From positions 384,001 through 448,000 of the forward strand of contig CBDCRP010000002.1 in the NCBI GenBank assembly GCA_965221165.1: a stretch of DNA of 64,000 bases, in the 5' to 3' direction. Below, piece after piece: positions 21,326-29,740 of this stretch. Position numbers and translations under genes: made by a program. Within the stretch, counting starts at the first letter, position 1, and every line of letters begins with the position of its first letter. The DNA is from a bacterium (GTDB lineage Bacteria > UBA8248). A model generated the notes under the pieces. That model was not told the origin of the DNA and did not search any database. It saw only the letters and a list, made by a program, of their open reading frames with translations.

Positions 21326-21639
21326 TGGCCACGCTCGGCGAACTCGCCAAACTCATTCGCTCAAAAAACGCAGGACCCTTCAACCTCACGTTCGACGTCA
21401 TGTTCGATGAGGAAGAGACCTATCGGCGCGTGGTGAACGCAAACGTCCTCACCAAGGAGGTGTTTTGCCGCCTCTACAATCTGACCGAGGAGAAAGTGCT
21501 GCTCGTGCACCACGACGCCGCGCGCGCGATCAAGATATCCATTCCCCGCCCCGTGTTCTCCTGCGATCCGGAAGACGGCGACTGCTACGGCGGCCAGCAG
21601 TTCGGCCCCCTCGTCGGCCTCGAAGTCCCGGACCCGTAA
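21325..21639 (+). CDS. DUF4387 family protein
   Basis: LAKLIRSKNAGPFNLTFDVMF...DCYGGQQFGPL; TGATG coupling to the upstream gene. Confidence 0.82.
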   Translation: MATLGELAKLIRSKNAGPFNLTFDVMFDEEETYRRVVNANVLTKEVFCRLYNLTEEKVLLVHHDAARAIKISIPRPVFSCDPEDGDCYGGQQFGPLVGLEVPDP

Positions 21640-21663
21640 GAAAGACCAAGCGGAGAGAAGAAG

Positions 21664-22272
21664 ATGGCGATTCAGACGAACGCGGATGAGATTCGAGCGC
21701 TCTTCCCGGAAGTGAACCAAATCGAAGACCCCGCTTTACGCGAGGGCGTAGTCGACATCTGGCTCGACCTGGCCGCCGAGACCGCCTGGGAGCGTTTCGA
21801 GGACATTCCCAAAAACCTGAAAGAAGAAAAACACATGACGCTCATCGGCCACGTTCAGGGCGTCACCCAGATGGCGCTCGCCCTGGCCGAGGTCGCCGAA
21901 AGACTCCACGGGGTCGCCATAGACCGCGACCTGCTCATCGCCTCGTGCATCCTGCACGACATCTCGAAACCACTCGAATCAGCACCCAACCCCGGAGGCC
22001 CTCCGACGGGCAGCAGCGTGCCGCCCGGGAAAATCACCGAATTCGGCGCGAAAATTCAGCACGCCGTCTACGGGGCGCACAAAATCTGGGCCAAGGGCCT
22101 GCCCAAGGCCCTGGAACTGGCGCATCTGGTCATCACCCACACGCGCACGAGCAATACGCGCTCGAACAGCTATGAGGCCGCGCTGCTTTTCTACGCCGAC
22201 TGGGCGGATTCCGATGCGGGCATCGTCCTGGGCGGAGACGTGCCCTTCTCCGCGAAATGGGTGGAGAAATAG
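21664..22272 (+). CDS. HD-domain phosphohydrolase-like protein
   Basis: GHV...LHDISKP...QHA...TH...AD metal-ligand pattern. Confidence 0.82.
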   Translation: MAIQTNADEIRALFPEVNQIEDPALREGVVDIWLDLAAETAWERFEDIPKNLKEEKHMTLIGHVQGVTQMALALAEVAERLHGVAIDRDLLIASCILHDISKPLESAPNPGGPPTGSSVPPGKITEFGAKIQHAVYGAHKIWAKGLPKALELAHLVITHTRTSNTRSNSYEAALLFYADWADSDAGIVLGGDVPFSAKWVEK

Positions 22273-22301
22273 GCGCGAACTCTCCCACCTTCTGATTCCC
22301 C

Positions 22302-23198
22302 TCACTTCCCCCACGCAATCGCGAACGCGCCCACCACGGACAAGACGCCGCCTATCACGATGCGCAGGGTGATGCTCTCCTGTTTCTTCAGGAACAGCCA
22401 CGAGAAGAGGATGACCCACAAGACGGAGAGGCGGTTGATGGGCACCACTTGCACCACCTCCCCCTCCCTGAACGCCGTCCAGAAGCAGAGGGCGGCTATT
22501 ATATTCGCGACGACCCCGCAGGCAATCGTCACCAGCCCTCTGGAATTCAAGTCTTTCACGCCTCCTTCTTCCTTCGTGAACGGCATGGCGAGAAGGAGCA
22601 GGGCCGACGCAGTGATGGTGGAAATCGCGATTCCCAAAGATTCCGAGGGCAAGACGACGAGGGCGTATTTTCTGAAAACAAACGTCAAGGAAAACAGGAA
22701 AGAGGCGATAACCGGAACGAGAAAGTAAAAGAGTAAAACATCCTTCTCGCCAGACTCTTCTTTGGCGGACTCTCTTTTATAGACCAGGAGAACGGCCCCT
22801 ACCATGATGGCCAACGTGCCGCCGGCTACGCCCGCCGAGAACCGCTCACCAAGTATGAACACCCCCATGAGCGCCGACCACACCAGTACCGACTGCACCA
22901 TAATCTGCGTCCGCGCCAGGCCGATCAGGCGCATCGACCCGAAAATCATGTACCGCCCGATCGAACTACCGAAGATGCCTATGAGCATGAACCATATGAC
23001 GCCCTCCAGGGACCATGAAATTTCGTCATCCAGGACGAGGTGCATCACGAACGCCATCATCGCGGAGAGAACGTTCATCGCGATGGCCGCAATCCCCGGT
23101 CCGATATGGATCAGCGCTTTTCGATAGAATACCTGGGAGATGGCGACGAAAAACGCCGCGATGAACGACAGGAGGTTCGGGTCTAAGGATTTGAGCAA
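22302..23198 (-). CDS. DMT/EamA family transporter
   Basis: Two hydrophobic EamA-like halves (FILGERFS; FLKKQESIT); start approximate. Confidence 0.85.
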   Translation of the reverse strand: MLKSLDPNLLSFIAAFFVAISQVFYRKALIHIGPGIAAIAMNVLSAMMAFVMHLVLDDEISWSLEGVIWFMLIGIFGSSIGRYMIFGSMRLIGLARTQIMVQSVLVWSALMGVFILGERFSAGVAGGTLAIMVGAVLLVYKRESAKEESGEKDVLLFYFLVPVIASFLFSLTFVFRKYALVVLPSESLGIAISTITASALLLLAMPFTKEEGGVKDLNSRGLVTIACGVVANIIAALCFWTAFREGEVVQVVPINRLSVLWVILFSWLFLKKQESITLRIVIGGVLSVVGAFAIAWGK

Positions 23199-23426
23199 AA
23201 CTACCCCACAAAAGGACGGTGCGAGCGGCGCTACTTCATCCGGGGTCTCGGGAAAGGGCATCGCACCCGGACTCTCCCCGCACTGACCCTCCAAAATCAG
23301 AGAATCATCCAGGATTTGCTCCTGATTGACTCCGGAACCGGTGCATGGGGACTCATCCGGCAAAAAGAGCCTGGTGATCGGAACGGCTCACACAACGACC
23401 CTGCGCGCAAAAATTCTCGACGCCGC

Positions 23427-25322
23427 CTAGTCGAAGGGATAGCCCAGCCCGGCGAGCGCCTCGGTGATCTCGGGCAGAATGGCCGGATCGTCGATGGTGG
23501 CCGGCACCTTGTATTCCTCGCCATCGGCGATGTTCGACATCGTTCCCCGCAGAATCTTGCCCGAGCGCGTCTTGGGCAGGCGCTTCACCACAGTCGCCTG
23601 GCGGAACGAGGCCACCGCGCCGATTTGCCGGCGAACGAGCTGCACCACCTCGCCGACGATATCTTCATCTTTTTTCTCGACACCCGCCTTTAAGACCAAA
23701 AAACCGAGCGGAAGCTGGCCCTTGAGTTGATCCTGCACGCCGATGACGGCGCACTCGGCCACGTCGGGGTGAGACGTCAAGACTTCTTCCATCGCGCCCG
23801 TAGAGAGCCTGTGGCCCGCCACGTTGATGATGTCATCCGTCCTCGACATCACATAGACGTAGCCCTCCTCGTCCACGTATCCGGCGTCGCCTGTTTTGTA
23901 GAAACCCGGGTATTCGCTCAGATAGGAGTCGATGTAACGATCGTCCGCGTTCCAGAGGGTGGGGAGACACCCGGGCGGCAAGGGGAGTTTGACGCACAGC
24001 GCGCCCATCTCACCCGCGCCCAGCGCGCGGCACTCGCTGTCGAGAACCTGAAATTCATAGCCGGGCACCGGCTTCGTGGGGGAGCCGTACTTGACGGGCA
24101 ACTGCTCGATGCCGATGGAATTCGCCAGCATCGGCCAGCCGCTCTCCGTCTGCCAATAGTGGTCGATGACGGGAACCTTCAGATGATCCTCCGCCCACTG
24201 CACCGTGTCCGGGTCGGAGCGCTCTCCCGCCAGAAAAAGGGTGCGGAAACAACCGAGGTCGTAATTCTTCATGAGATCGGCGTCCGGATCGTCCCGCTTG
24301 ATGGCGCGAAACGCCGTGGGCGCGGTGAAGAAAACCTTCACCCCGTGCTCGGAGATGATGCGCCAGAAAACGCCCGCATCGGGCGTACCCACGGGCTTGC
24401 CCTCGAAGAGGATGGTGGTGCAGCCATGAATCAGCGGCGCATACGTGATGTAGGAATGCCCCACCACCCAGCCGACGTCGGACGCCGCCCAGAACACCTC
24501 GCCCGGCGCCACGCCGTACACGTTTTGCATCGACCACTTGAGCGCCACCAAGTGGCCGCCATTGTCCCGCACCACGCCCTTGGGCTCGCCCGTCGTGCCC
24601 GAGGTATAGAGGATATAAAGGGGGTCCGTGGCGGCGAGGGGAACGCAGCCCGCGGGGGTTGCGTCTTTGAGCGAATCGCTCCACTCGATGTCGCGGCCCT
24701 CGATGAGTTCCGCCTCGACCTGGGAGCGCTGCAAGATGATGCATTTTTCCGGTTTTGCGCTAGAAATGTCGATCGCCTCATCGAGCAGGGGCTTATAAGC
24801 GATGACGCCCGAGGGCTCGACCCCGCACGAGGCGGATATCATGAGTTTTGGTTTCGCGTCTTCGATTCGCGTGGCCAGTTCATTCGGCGCAAAGCCACCG
24901 AAAACGACCGAGTGCACCGCGCCGATGCGAGCGCAGGCCAGCATGGCGATTGTGGCCTCGGGCACCATCGGCATGTAAATGATGACGCGGTCGCCCTTCT
25001 CCACCCCCTGGGCTTTGAGAGCGCCCGCGAAGTGCGCCACCTTGTGCAACAATTCGCGATAAGTGAGCTTTTGGGTGGGTTCGCCCGTGATGGGGGTGTC
25101 GTATATCAGAGCGAGTTGATCCGCCCGCCCCCCCTCGACGTGTCGATCGACCGCGTTGTAGCAGGTATTGACCTCGCCTCCCGTGAACCAGCGGTAAAAG
25201 GGCGGGTTCGAGTCATCAAACACCTTGTCCCATTTCTTATACCAGTGGATATCCTCCGCCGCCTCCGCCCAAAACGCTTCCGCATCCGAGAGGGAGCGAC
25301 CGTGAACTTCTGCATAGCCCAT
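23427..25322 (-). CDS. prpE: Propionyl-CoA synthetase
   Basis: YILYTSGTTGEPKG, AASDVGWVVGHSY, EGKPVGTPDAG, IDHYWQTESG, LPKTRSGKILR. Confidence 0.88.
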   Translation of the reverse strand: MGYAEVHGRSLSDAEAFWAEAAEDIHWYKKWDKVFDDSNPPFYRWFTGGEVNTCYNAVDRHVEGGRADQLALIYDTPITGEPTQKLTYRELLHKVAHFAGALKAQGVEKGDRVIIYMPMVPEATIAMLACARIGAVHSVVFGGFAPNELATRIEDAKPKLMISASCGVEPSGVIAYKPLLDEAIDISSAKPEKCIILQRSQVEAELIEGRDIEWSDSLKDATPAGCVPLAATDPLYILYTSGTTGEPKGVVRDNGGHLVALKWSMQNVYGVAPGEVFWAASDVGWVVGHSYITYAPLIHGCTTILFEGKPVGTPDAGVFWRIISEHGVKVFFTAPTAFRAIKRDDPDADLMKNYDLGCFRTLFLAGERSDPDTVQWAEDHLKVPVIDHYWQTESGWPMLANSIGIEQLPVKYGSPTKPVPGYEFQVLDSECRALGAGEMGALCVKLPLPPGCLPTLWNADDRYIDSYLSEYPGFYKTGDAGYVDEEGYVYVMSRTDDIINVAGHRLSTGAMEEVLTSHPDVAECAVIGVQDQLKGQLPLGFLVLKAGVEKKDEDIVGEVVQLVRRQIGAVASFRQATVVKRLPKTRSGKILRGTMSNIADGEEYKVPATIDDPAILPEITEALAGLGYPFD

Positions 25323-25404
25323 GCTTTTTCCTCCAAGCAGAAACATCTTATTTTCAGTTGTGATCAAAAAACGCATCATATCAAATTCCGCCTCTCTTTG
25401 CGCG

Positions 25405-25450
25405 GCTTACCGGGATGATTCGCGCTTACCGGGATGATTCGCGCTTACCG
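25405..25450. repeat. 19-bp tandem repeat (about 2.4 copies)
   Basis: GCTTACCGGGATGATTCGC twice plus GCTTACCG; partial copy ATGATTCGCGCTT at 25509-25521. Confidence 0.9.
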
Positions 25451-25578
25451 CCGAGTGATGGCCGCCATCCTGACGAACACTCCCACCTCCCCCACCCGCC
25501 CTATACGAATGATTCGCGCTTGTCCGCGTTCTGGGCCGGTGCTAGGCTCGATTCTCTCCATCAGAGACGGGATTCGCC

Positions 25579-26838
25579 ATGGGCATGACCCTGACAGAGA
25601 AAATCATGGCCAGAGCCTCGGGCCGAAACACTCTCCGCGCAGGCGACATTGTTTACCCGGAAGCCGATCTGGCGACGATTCACGATCTCTACGTCGTGGA
25701 AGCAGACCGCCAACTCACCGAACTCGGCGTGGAACGCCCCTGGGACCCGGAGCGCGTGTTCGTTTGCTTCGACCACGACACGATTCCCCAGACCATCGCG
25801 GTCGCGAATCGCGCCAAGAAGATAAGAGAGATCGTAAAACGCTGGGGCGTAAAGCATTTTTTCGATGCGGGGCGCGGCCAGGGCCATGTTTTTCCGATGG
25901 AAATCGGCATCATCAAGCCCGGAGCCTGCGTCCTGGCCTATGACATTCACGTCACGAACTACGGCGCGGTGGGTTGTCTCGGCCTGGCGCTCGTCTTCGA
26001 GTTCCCCGCCGTGCTAGCCACGGGCAGCCATTGGCTCAAGGCGCCCGAGACGATTCGAATCGATTTGAGCGGAAAACTCTCGCCGGGCGTCGGCATCCGG
26101 GACGCCGCCGCGCGCATCATCCACGAAATCGGCCCCGACGCCGCCGATTACCGCGTCTTCGAGTACGCCGGAGAGGCTCTCGCCCACCTCGGGGTCGACG
26201 CGCGGGTCAAGCTCTGCAACCTGCCGATAGAGATCGGGGCGAAAAGCGCCATCATCCCTGCCGATGAAGTCGTGGCGCGGTGGATGCGCGACAGAAACAT
26301 CGACGGCTTTCAAGCGACCCGGAGCGACCCGGACGCCATATTCGCCGAAACTTATGAGTTCAATCTCTCCGAGATGGAGCCCACCATCGCGCTTCCGCCG
26401 AGACCCGAGAACGTGGCCCCGCTCACGGAAGCCTTGGGCCTCCCGATTCACGCGGCCTATCTGGGCTCGTGCGCTGCGGATCAGTATGAGGACATGGCGG
26501 AGGCCGCCGGGATTCTGCGCGGCAAGAAACTCGCCCCGGGCGTGCGGATGATCGTGACGCCCGGCAGCCAGGAGGTGCTCGCCCGCTGCGTCGAGAACGG
26601 ATTGATGGACATCTTCTGCGAGGCGGGCGCCATGGTGGGTCCGCCCGGGTGCGGCCCCTGCGCCATCGGCAAGGGAGGTCCCCTGGCGGACGGGGAGACC
26701 TGCATCGCCACGGTGACGCGAAACGACGTGGGGAGGATGGGGAGCCGGGAGGCGCAAATTTACCTCGCCAGCGCGGCTACGGTGGCGGCCTCCGCCGTGA
26801 GGGGCGAGATCGCAGACCCCAGAGAGTTTCTGGACTGA
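25579..26838 (+). CDS. Aconitase-family hydratase large subunit (LeuC/HacA-like, divergent)
   Basis: MTLTEKI, DH, GSC...CGPC [4Fe-4S] ligands, RN..GRMG, YLASAATVAASA. Confidence 0.85.
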   Translation: MGMTLTEKIMARASGRNTLRAGDIVYPEADLATIHDLYVVEADRQLTELGVERPWDPERVFVCFDHDTIPQTIAVANRAKKIREIVKRWGVKHFFDAGRGQGHVFPMEIGIIKPGACVLAYDIHVTNYGAVGCLGLALVFEFPAVLATGSHWLKAPETIRIDLSGKLSPGVGIRDAAARIIHEIGPDAADYRVFEYAGEALAHLGVDARVKLCNLPIEIGAKSAIIPADEVVARWMRDRNIDGFQATRSDPDAIFAETYEFNLSEMEPTIALPPRPENVAPLTEALGLPIHAAYLGSCAADQYEDMAEAAGILRGKKLAPGVRMIVTPGSQEVLARCVENGLMDIFCEAGAMVGPPGCGPCAIGKGGPLADGETCIATVTRNDVGRMGSREAQIYLASAATVAASAVRGEIADPREFLD

Positions 26839-26848
26839 GGAGGACGCC

Positions 26849-27376
26849 TTGAACTGGACGATGCAGGGGCGTTGCTGGAAATTCGGAGATAATCTTTCTC
26901 TCGATGACGACATCCTCGAATTCGCCAAAGTCTTCGTGCAGGGGGTGCGCGTCTCGGACCCCGCATACTTGAAGAAGCACGTTTTCACGAATCTGATTCC
27001 CGATTTCCCGGAACGCGTGAAGCCGGGCGACGTCGTGGTGGCGGGGAAACGATTCGGCCAGGGAAATCCGCACATATACGGTCTCCTCGGAATGGCGGGC
27101 CTGGGTGTCGGCCTGATTGCCGAGAGCGTTCCCCATTTCACCTACCGGATGATCGTGGCGGCGGGGCTTCCCGCACTCCCTTTCTTCGCCGACATCGGCT
27201 CGCACGTGGAGGATGGGGATGAGGTGCGCGTTGATTTCGAAACCGGAGAAGTCGAGAATCTGAGCCGCGGCGTTCAATGCGCATCGGAACCGTTGCCGGG
27301 TGCGCTGAGAGAGATCATCGAAATCGGCGGTTTTCTGCCCGCCCTCAAGAAACGCCTGGAAACGTCTCTTTCATAA
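26849..27376 (+). CDS. Aconitase-family hydratase small subunit (LeuD/HacB-like, divergent)
   Basis: GRCWKFGDNL, PGDVVVAGKRFG, IAES, GDEVRVDFETG, GG at C-terminus. Confidence 0.83.
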   Translation: MNWTMQGRCWKFGDNLSLDDDILEFAKVFVQGVRVSDPAYLKKHVFTNLIPDFPERVKPGDVVVAGKRFGQGNPHIYGLLGMAGLGVGLIAESVPHFTYRMIVAAGLPALPFFADIGSHVEDGDEVRVDFETGEVENLSRGVQCASEPLPGALREIIEIGGFLPALKKRLETSLS

Positions 27377-27444
27377 AACGGCGACGCGAAGAGTTGGCCT
27401 CGCGCGTTTTTCGGAGCGAATGCGGAGTCAAACCCAATCGAAGA

Positions 27445-27868
27445 GGGGTTGTTGAAAAACCCCCTCAAGGGGAAAATGCCTGCGGCGCATTCGCCGCCCC
27501 GGCGCGTAATACCTCTCTCGTCGGTCGGCAAACAAATCCTCGCTCCTCACTCGGATTTGACATTCCTCACTCGCGTTTGATCCGCGACGTATTCGCCGCC
27601 CTGGCGGCGAATACCTCCCTCATCCCGAGTAGGCGCGCTCGCGCGCCGTATCGAGGGTTTGACCCTACCGAGGAGGGAGGGTCAAACGGGGCCCTTCGAT
27701 ACAAGCGCTCCTTTCTCAGTCGCGTTTGACCTTCGGCGGCTACTCAGGGTGAGGTCGATACGGCGGCATGCAAGACGAGGGCTTGACGCGACCGATGAGG
27801 TCAGTTCCGACTGAGAAAGGAGGAACTGCATTTGCGCTCGCTCCCAGGACCGGGTTTTCAACAACCCC
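27445..27868. mobile_element. Putative non-autonomous MITE (424 bp)
   Basis: Perfect 14-bp terminal inverted repeats GGGGTTGTTGAAAA (27445-27458) / TTTTCAACAACCCC (27855-27868), flanked by direct repeat GAAGA (27440-27444 and 27869-27873); no transposase ORF. Confidence 0.75.
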
Positions 27869-27890
27869 GAAGAAGGAGGGGTTGCCTGTC

Positions 27891-28367
27891 GTAGGGGCGG
27901 ACCTGCGTGTCCGCCCGCTTGCGCATCCGCCCGTAGGGGCCGCATATATGCGACCCGACCGATGAGCGGCGGGTGTTTTCTTTAAGGGCCGCATATATGC
28001 GGCCCCTACGGGCGTCCGACGCTTGATATTTCTGGATTCCGCATTTCCTCCCTCCCCGGTCGGGATTCACCACCGTCATTCCGGCGCATGCCAGTGGCAA
28101 CCGTAAGGTTGACCAGAACCGATGAGATGGATATATCGCGGCGTTTCGTTCCTTCTTTGATCAAGCGGGAACAACGCCGGAAAACGAAAGGCGAAAGACA
28201 AATTCTCTGGATTCCGGCATGCGCCGGAATGACGGCAATCTTCAATTCGGCCTATGGCGGATTCAGAAACCGTAGGGACAGGTCGCGACCTGTCCCTACA
28301 AGATGTCCCCCCATCGTATGAATCTTGCTCCCTGGCGTCGAGGGCGGACACATAGGTCCACCCCTAC
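27891..28367. repeat. Cluster of GTAG- and CGTC-type REP palindromes
   Basis: GTAGGGGCGGACCTGCGTGTCCGCCC 27891-27916 with inverted partner 28342-28367; inverted pair 27933-27956/27986-28009; CCGTCATTCCGGCGCATGCC...GGCATGCGCCGGAATGACGG 28073-28235; perfect palindrome GTAGGGACAGGTCGCGACCTGTCCCTAC 28272-28299. Confidence 0.88.
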
Positions 28368-28403
28368 GAAAGATCAATCCCTCCTTCCTCAGTCGGGATT
28401 GAT

Positions 28404-29621
28404 CTACAACTCGATCACGTCCATCGCGTCGGGAGTCAGGATCCGCGGGCCGTTCTCCTCCACGATCACCTGGGGGCCGAAGACGATGAACATCCTGTCC
28501 TCATACGCGGCCTTCACCTCGACGGCGAGGGACATGCTCTCCTCGACCTCGAAATCCTCCAGAAAACCGTAGAGATCGCCCGCGAGTTCGCGCCATTCGG
28601 GGTTTTCAGACAGGCTTCCTTCCACGAAGGGCTCGCGCCACGAGGAATTTCTGGGAATATCGCCCGCGCATATCGTCGTCATGAGCGGCTCGATGCCGTC
28701 GATTCCCACCCCGTGCACCTGGGGGATCTCATGGTAGTAACCGCTCCTGAGCACCGCTTCGCGCAGGGGCCCATATTCCTCATCCATCGGCCCAATCGAC
28801 ATCGAGGTGTGCGGATGGCTCCAGTAGCCCCCGTAGCGCGCGTAATAGCCGATGCACAGCATGTCGCCTGTCCGCAGAATCCTGTCCGTAGGTCTTCTGT
28901 TCACCGGATATCCCTTCCCCGAGCAGAGGATGAGCCAGCTATCGCGGCCCGGCTCCGCGCCCGCGCGCAGGCTCGCGCTGAAAAGCTCCGCGTATACCTC
29001 GCTCTCCCGCACCCCGGGGCGGCAGCAGCCGAGCACGGCGTCTATCTCGACGTTCACCATCTCGGCCGCTTTTTCGAGCATCGCGATCTCCTCAGGACTC
29101 TTTATCATGCGAAGGCGCGTGAGGATGTCCGAAGCATCGGCGAACTCCGCATCCGGCAGAAGCCTTTTGAGGTTTTGGTACGTCATGTAGGGAATCGCAC
29201 CCTCGGCGCCGTACCCCCCGCCTATGAGGCCGACGATTCCGATTCTCCCGCTCTCGTAGCCCAACTCCTTGATGGCGTCGGTGGCCACGATGCTCACCTT
29301 CTCTTCGTGCCCCCGGTAGCGCACCCCCTCGAAGCACGATTCGGTGTACCACTTGCCCCAGTTCTGGAGGAGCCAGAAGGTGACGGGCGCTCCTTTTCTG
29401 GGAAACACCATGCTGCGCTCCCCGTAATCGCCTCCGTCGAGCCAGCGGGTGTTGCCGTTGCCGTTCGAGCCGCGCCCGATGACGATGAGGCAATCGAGCC
29501 CGCGCTCATCCATGGCGGCGCGAACCGCGTTCCACCGCCTGTCGCGCTCATCGGTGGAAAAAGAAGCCGCCGCGTCGCCCGTGCGGCCGTCTTTCGGGAA
29601 AAACCCGGGGTCCGTTACCAT
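28404..29621 (-). CDS. M24 (Xaa-Pro peptidase/creatinase) family protein
   Basis: ERDRRWNAVRAAMDERGLDCL N-domain, LRMIKSPEEI, RPGVRE, HGVG; ATG 29621 with AGGAG RBS. Confidence 0.8.
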   Translation of the reverse strand: MVTDPGFFPKDGRTGDAAASFSTDERDRRWNAVRAAMDERGLDCLIVIGRGSNGNGNTRWLDGGDYGERSMVFPRKGAPVTFWLLQNWGKWYTESCFEGVRYRGHEEKVSIVATDAIKELGYESGRIGIVGLIGGGYGAEGAIPYMTYQNLKRLLPDAEFADASDILTRLRMIKSPEEIAMLEKAAEMVNVEIDAVLGCCRPGVRESEVYAELFSASLRAGAEPGRDSWLILCSGKGYPVNRRPTDRILRTGDMLCIGYYARYGGYWSHPHTSMSIGPMDEEYGPLREAVLRSGYYHEIPQVHGVGIDGIEPLMTTICAGDIPRNSSWREPFVEGSLSENPEWRELAGDLYGFLEDFEVEESMSLAVEVKAAYEDRMFIVFGPQVIVEENGPRILTPDAMDVIEL

Positions 29622-29740
29622 TGCCCTCTCCTGAAATTTTCGGGGCGCATCTCCTCCGCGCGACTGGACGCAGACGCGCGGAATCATTTAGCCTCAAGAG
29701 TCATTTACCCTCACTATAATGGATGAATCGGGTCCGGAAA

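Noticed and set aside
23199-23426. Riboswitch upstream of the DMT transporter
   Set aside because: Only a short GAGCC/GGCTC-T-tract hairpin after prpE; no aptamer consensus recognised.
23727-25418. Long antisense ORFs (also 1519..2796, 5581..7107, 13297..14520, 39528..40607)
   Set aside because: Shadow frames of well-supported genes in GC-rich DNA, with no recognisable motifs.
25579-27376. Assigning leuC/leuD gene symbols
   Set aside because: Substrate-binding and catalytic motifs differ from isopropylmalate isomerase and no other leu genes are adjacent.
27427-28405. CRISPR array or CsrB-like sRNA explanation for the repeated hairpins
   Set aside because: No constant direct repeat with regular spacers and no cas genes; copies lie on both strands, which does not fit one GGA-loop sRNA.
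27277-28572. Short ORFs across the repeat region
   Set aside because: Translations of palindromic repeats; no RBS or domain features and no transposase motifs.
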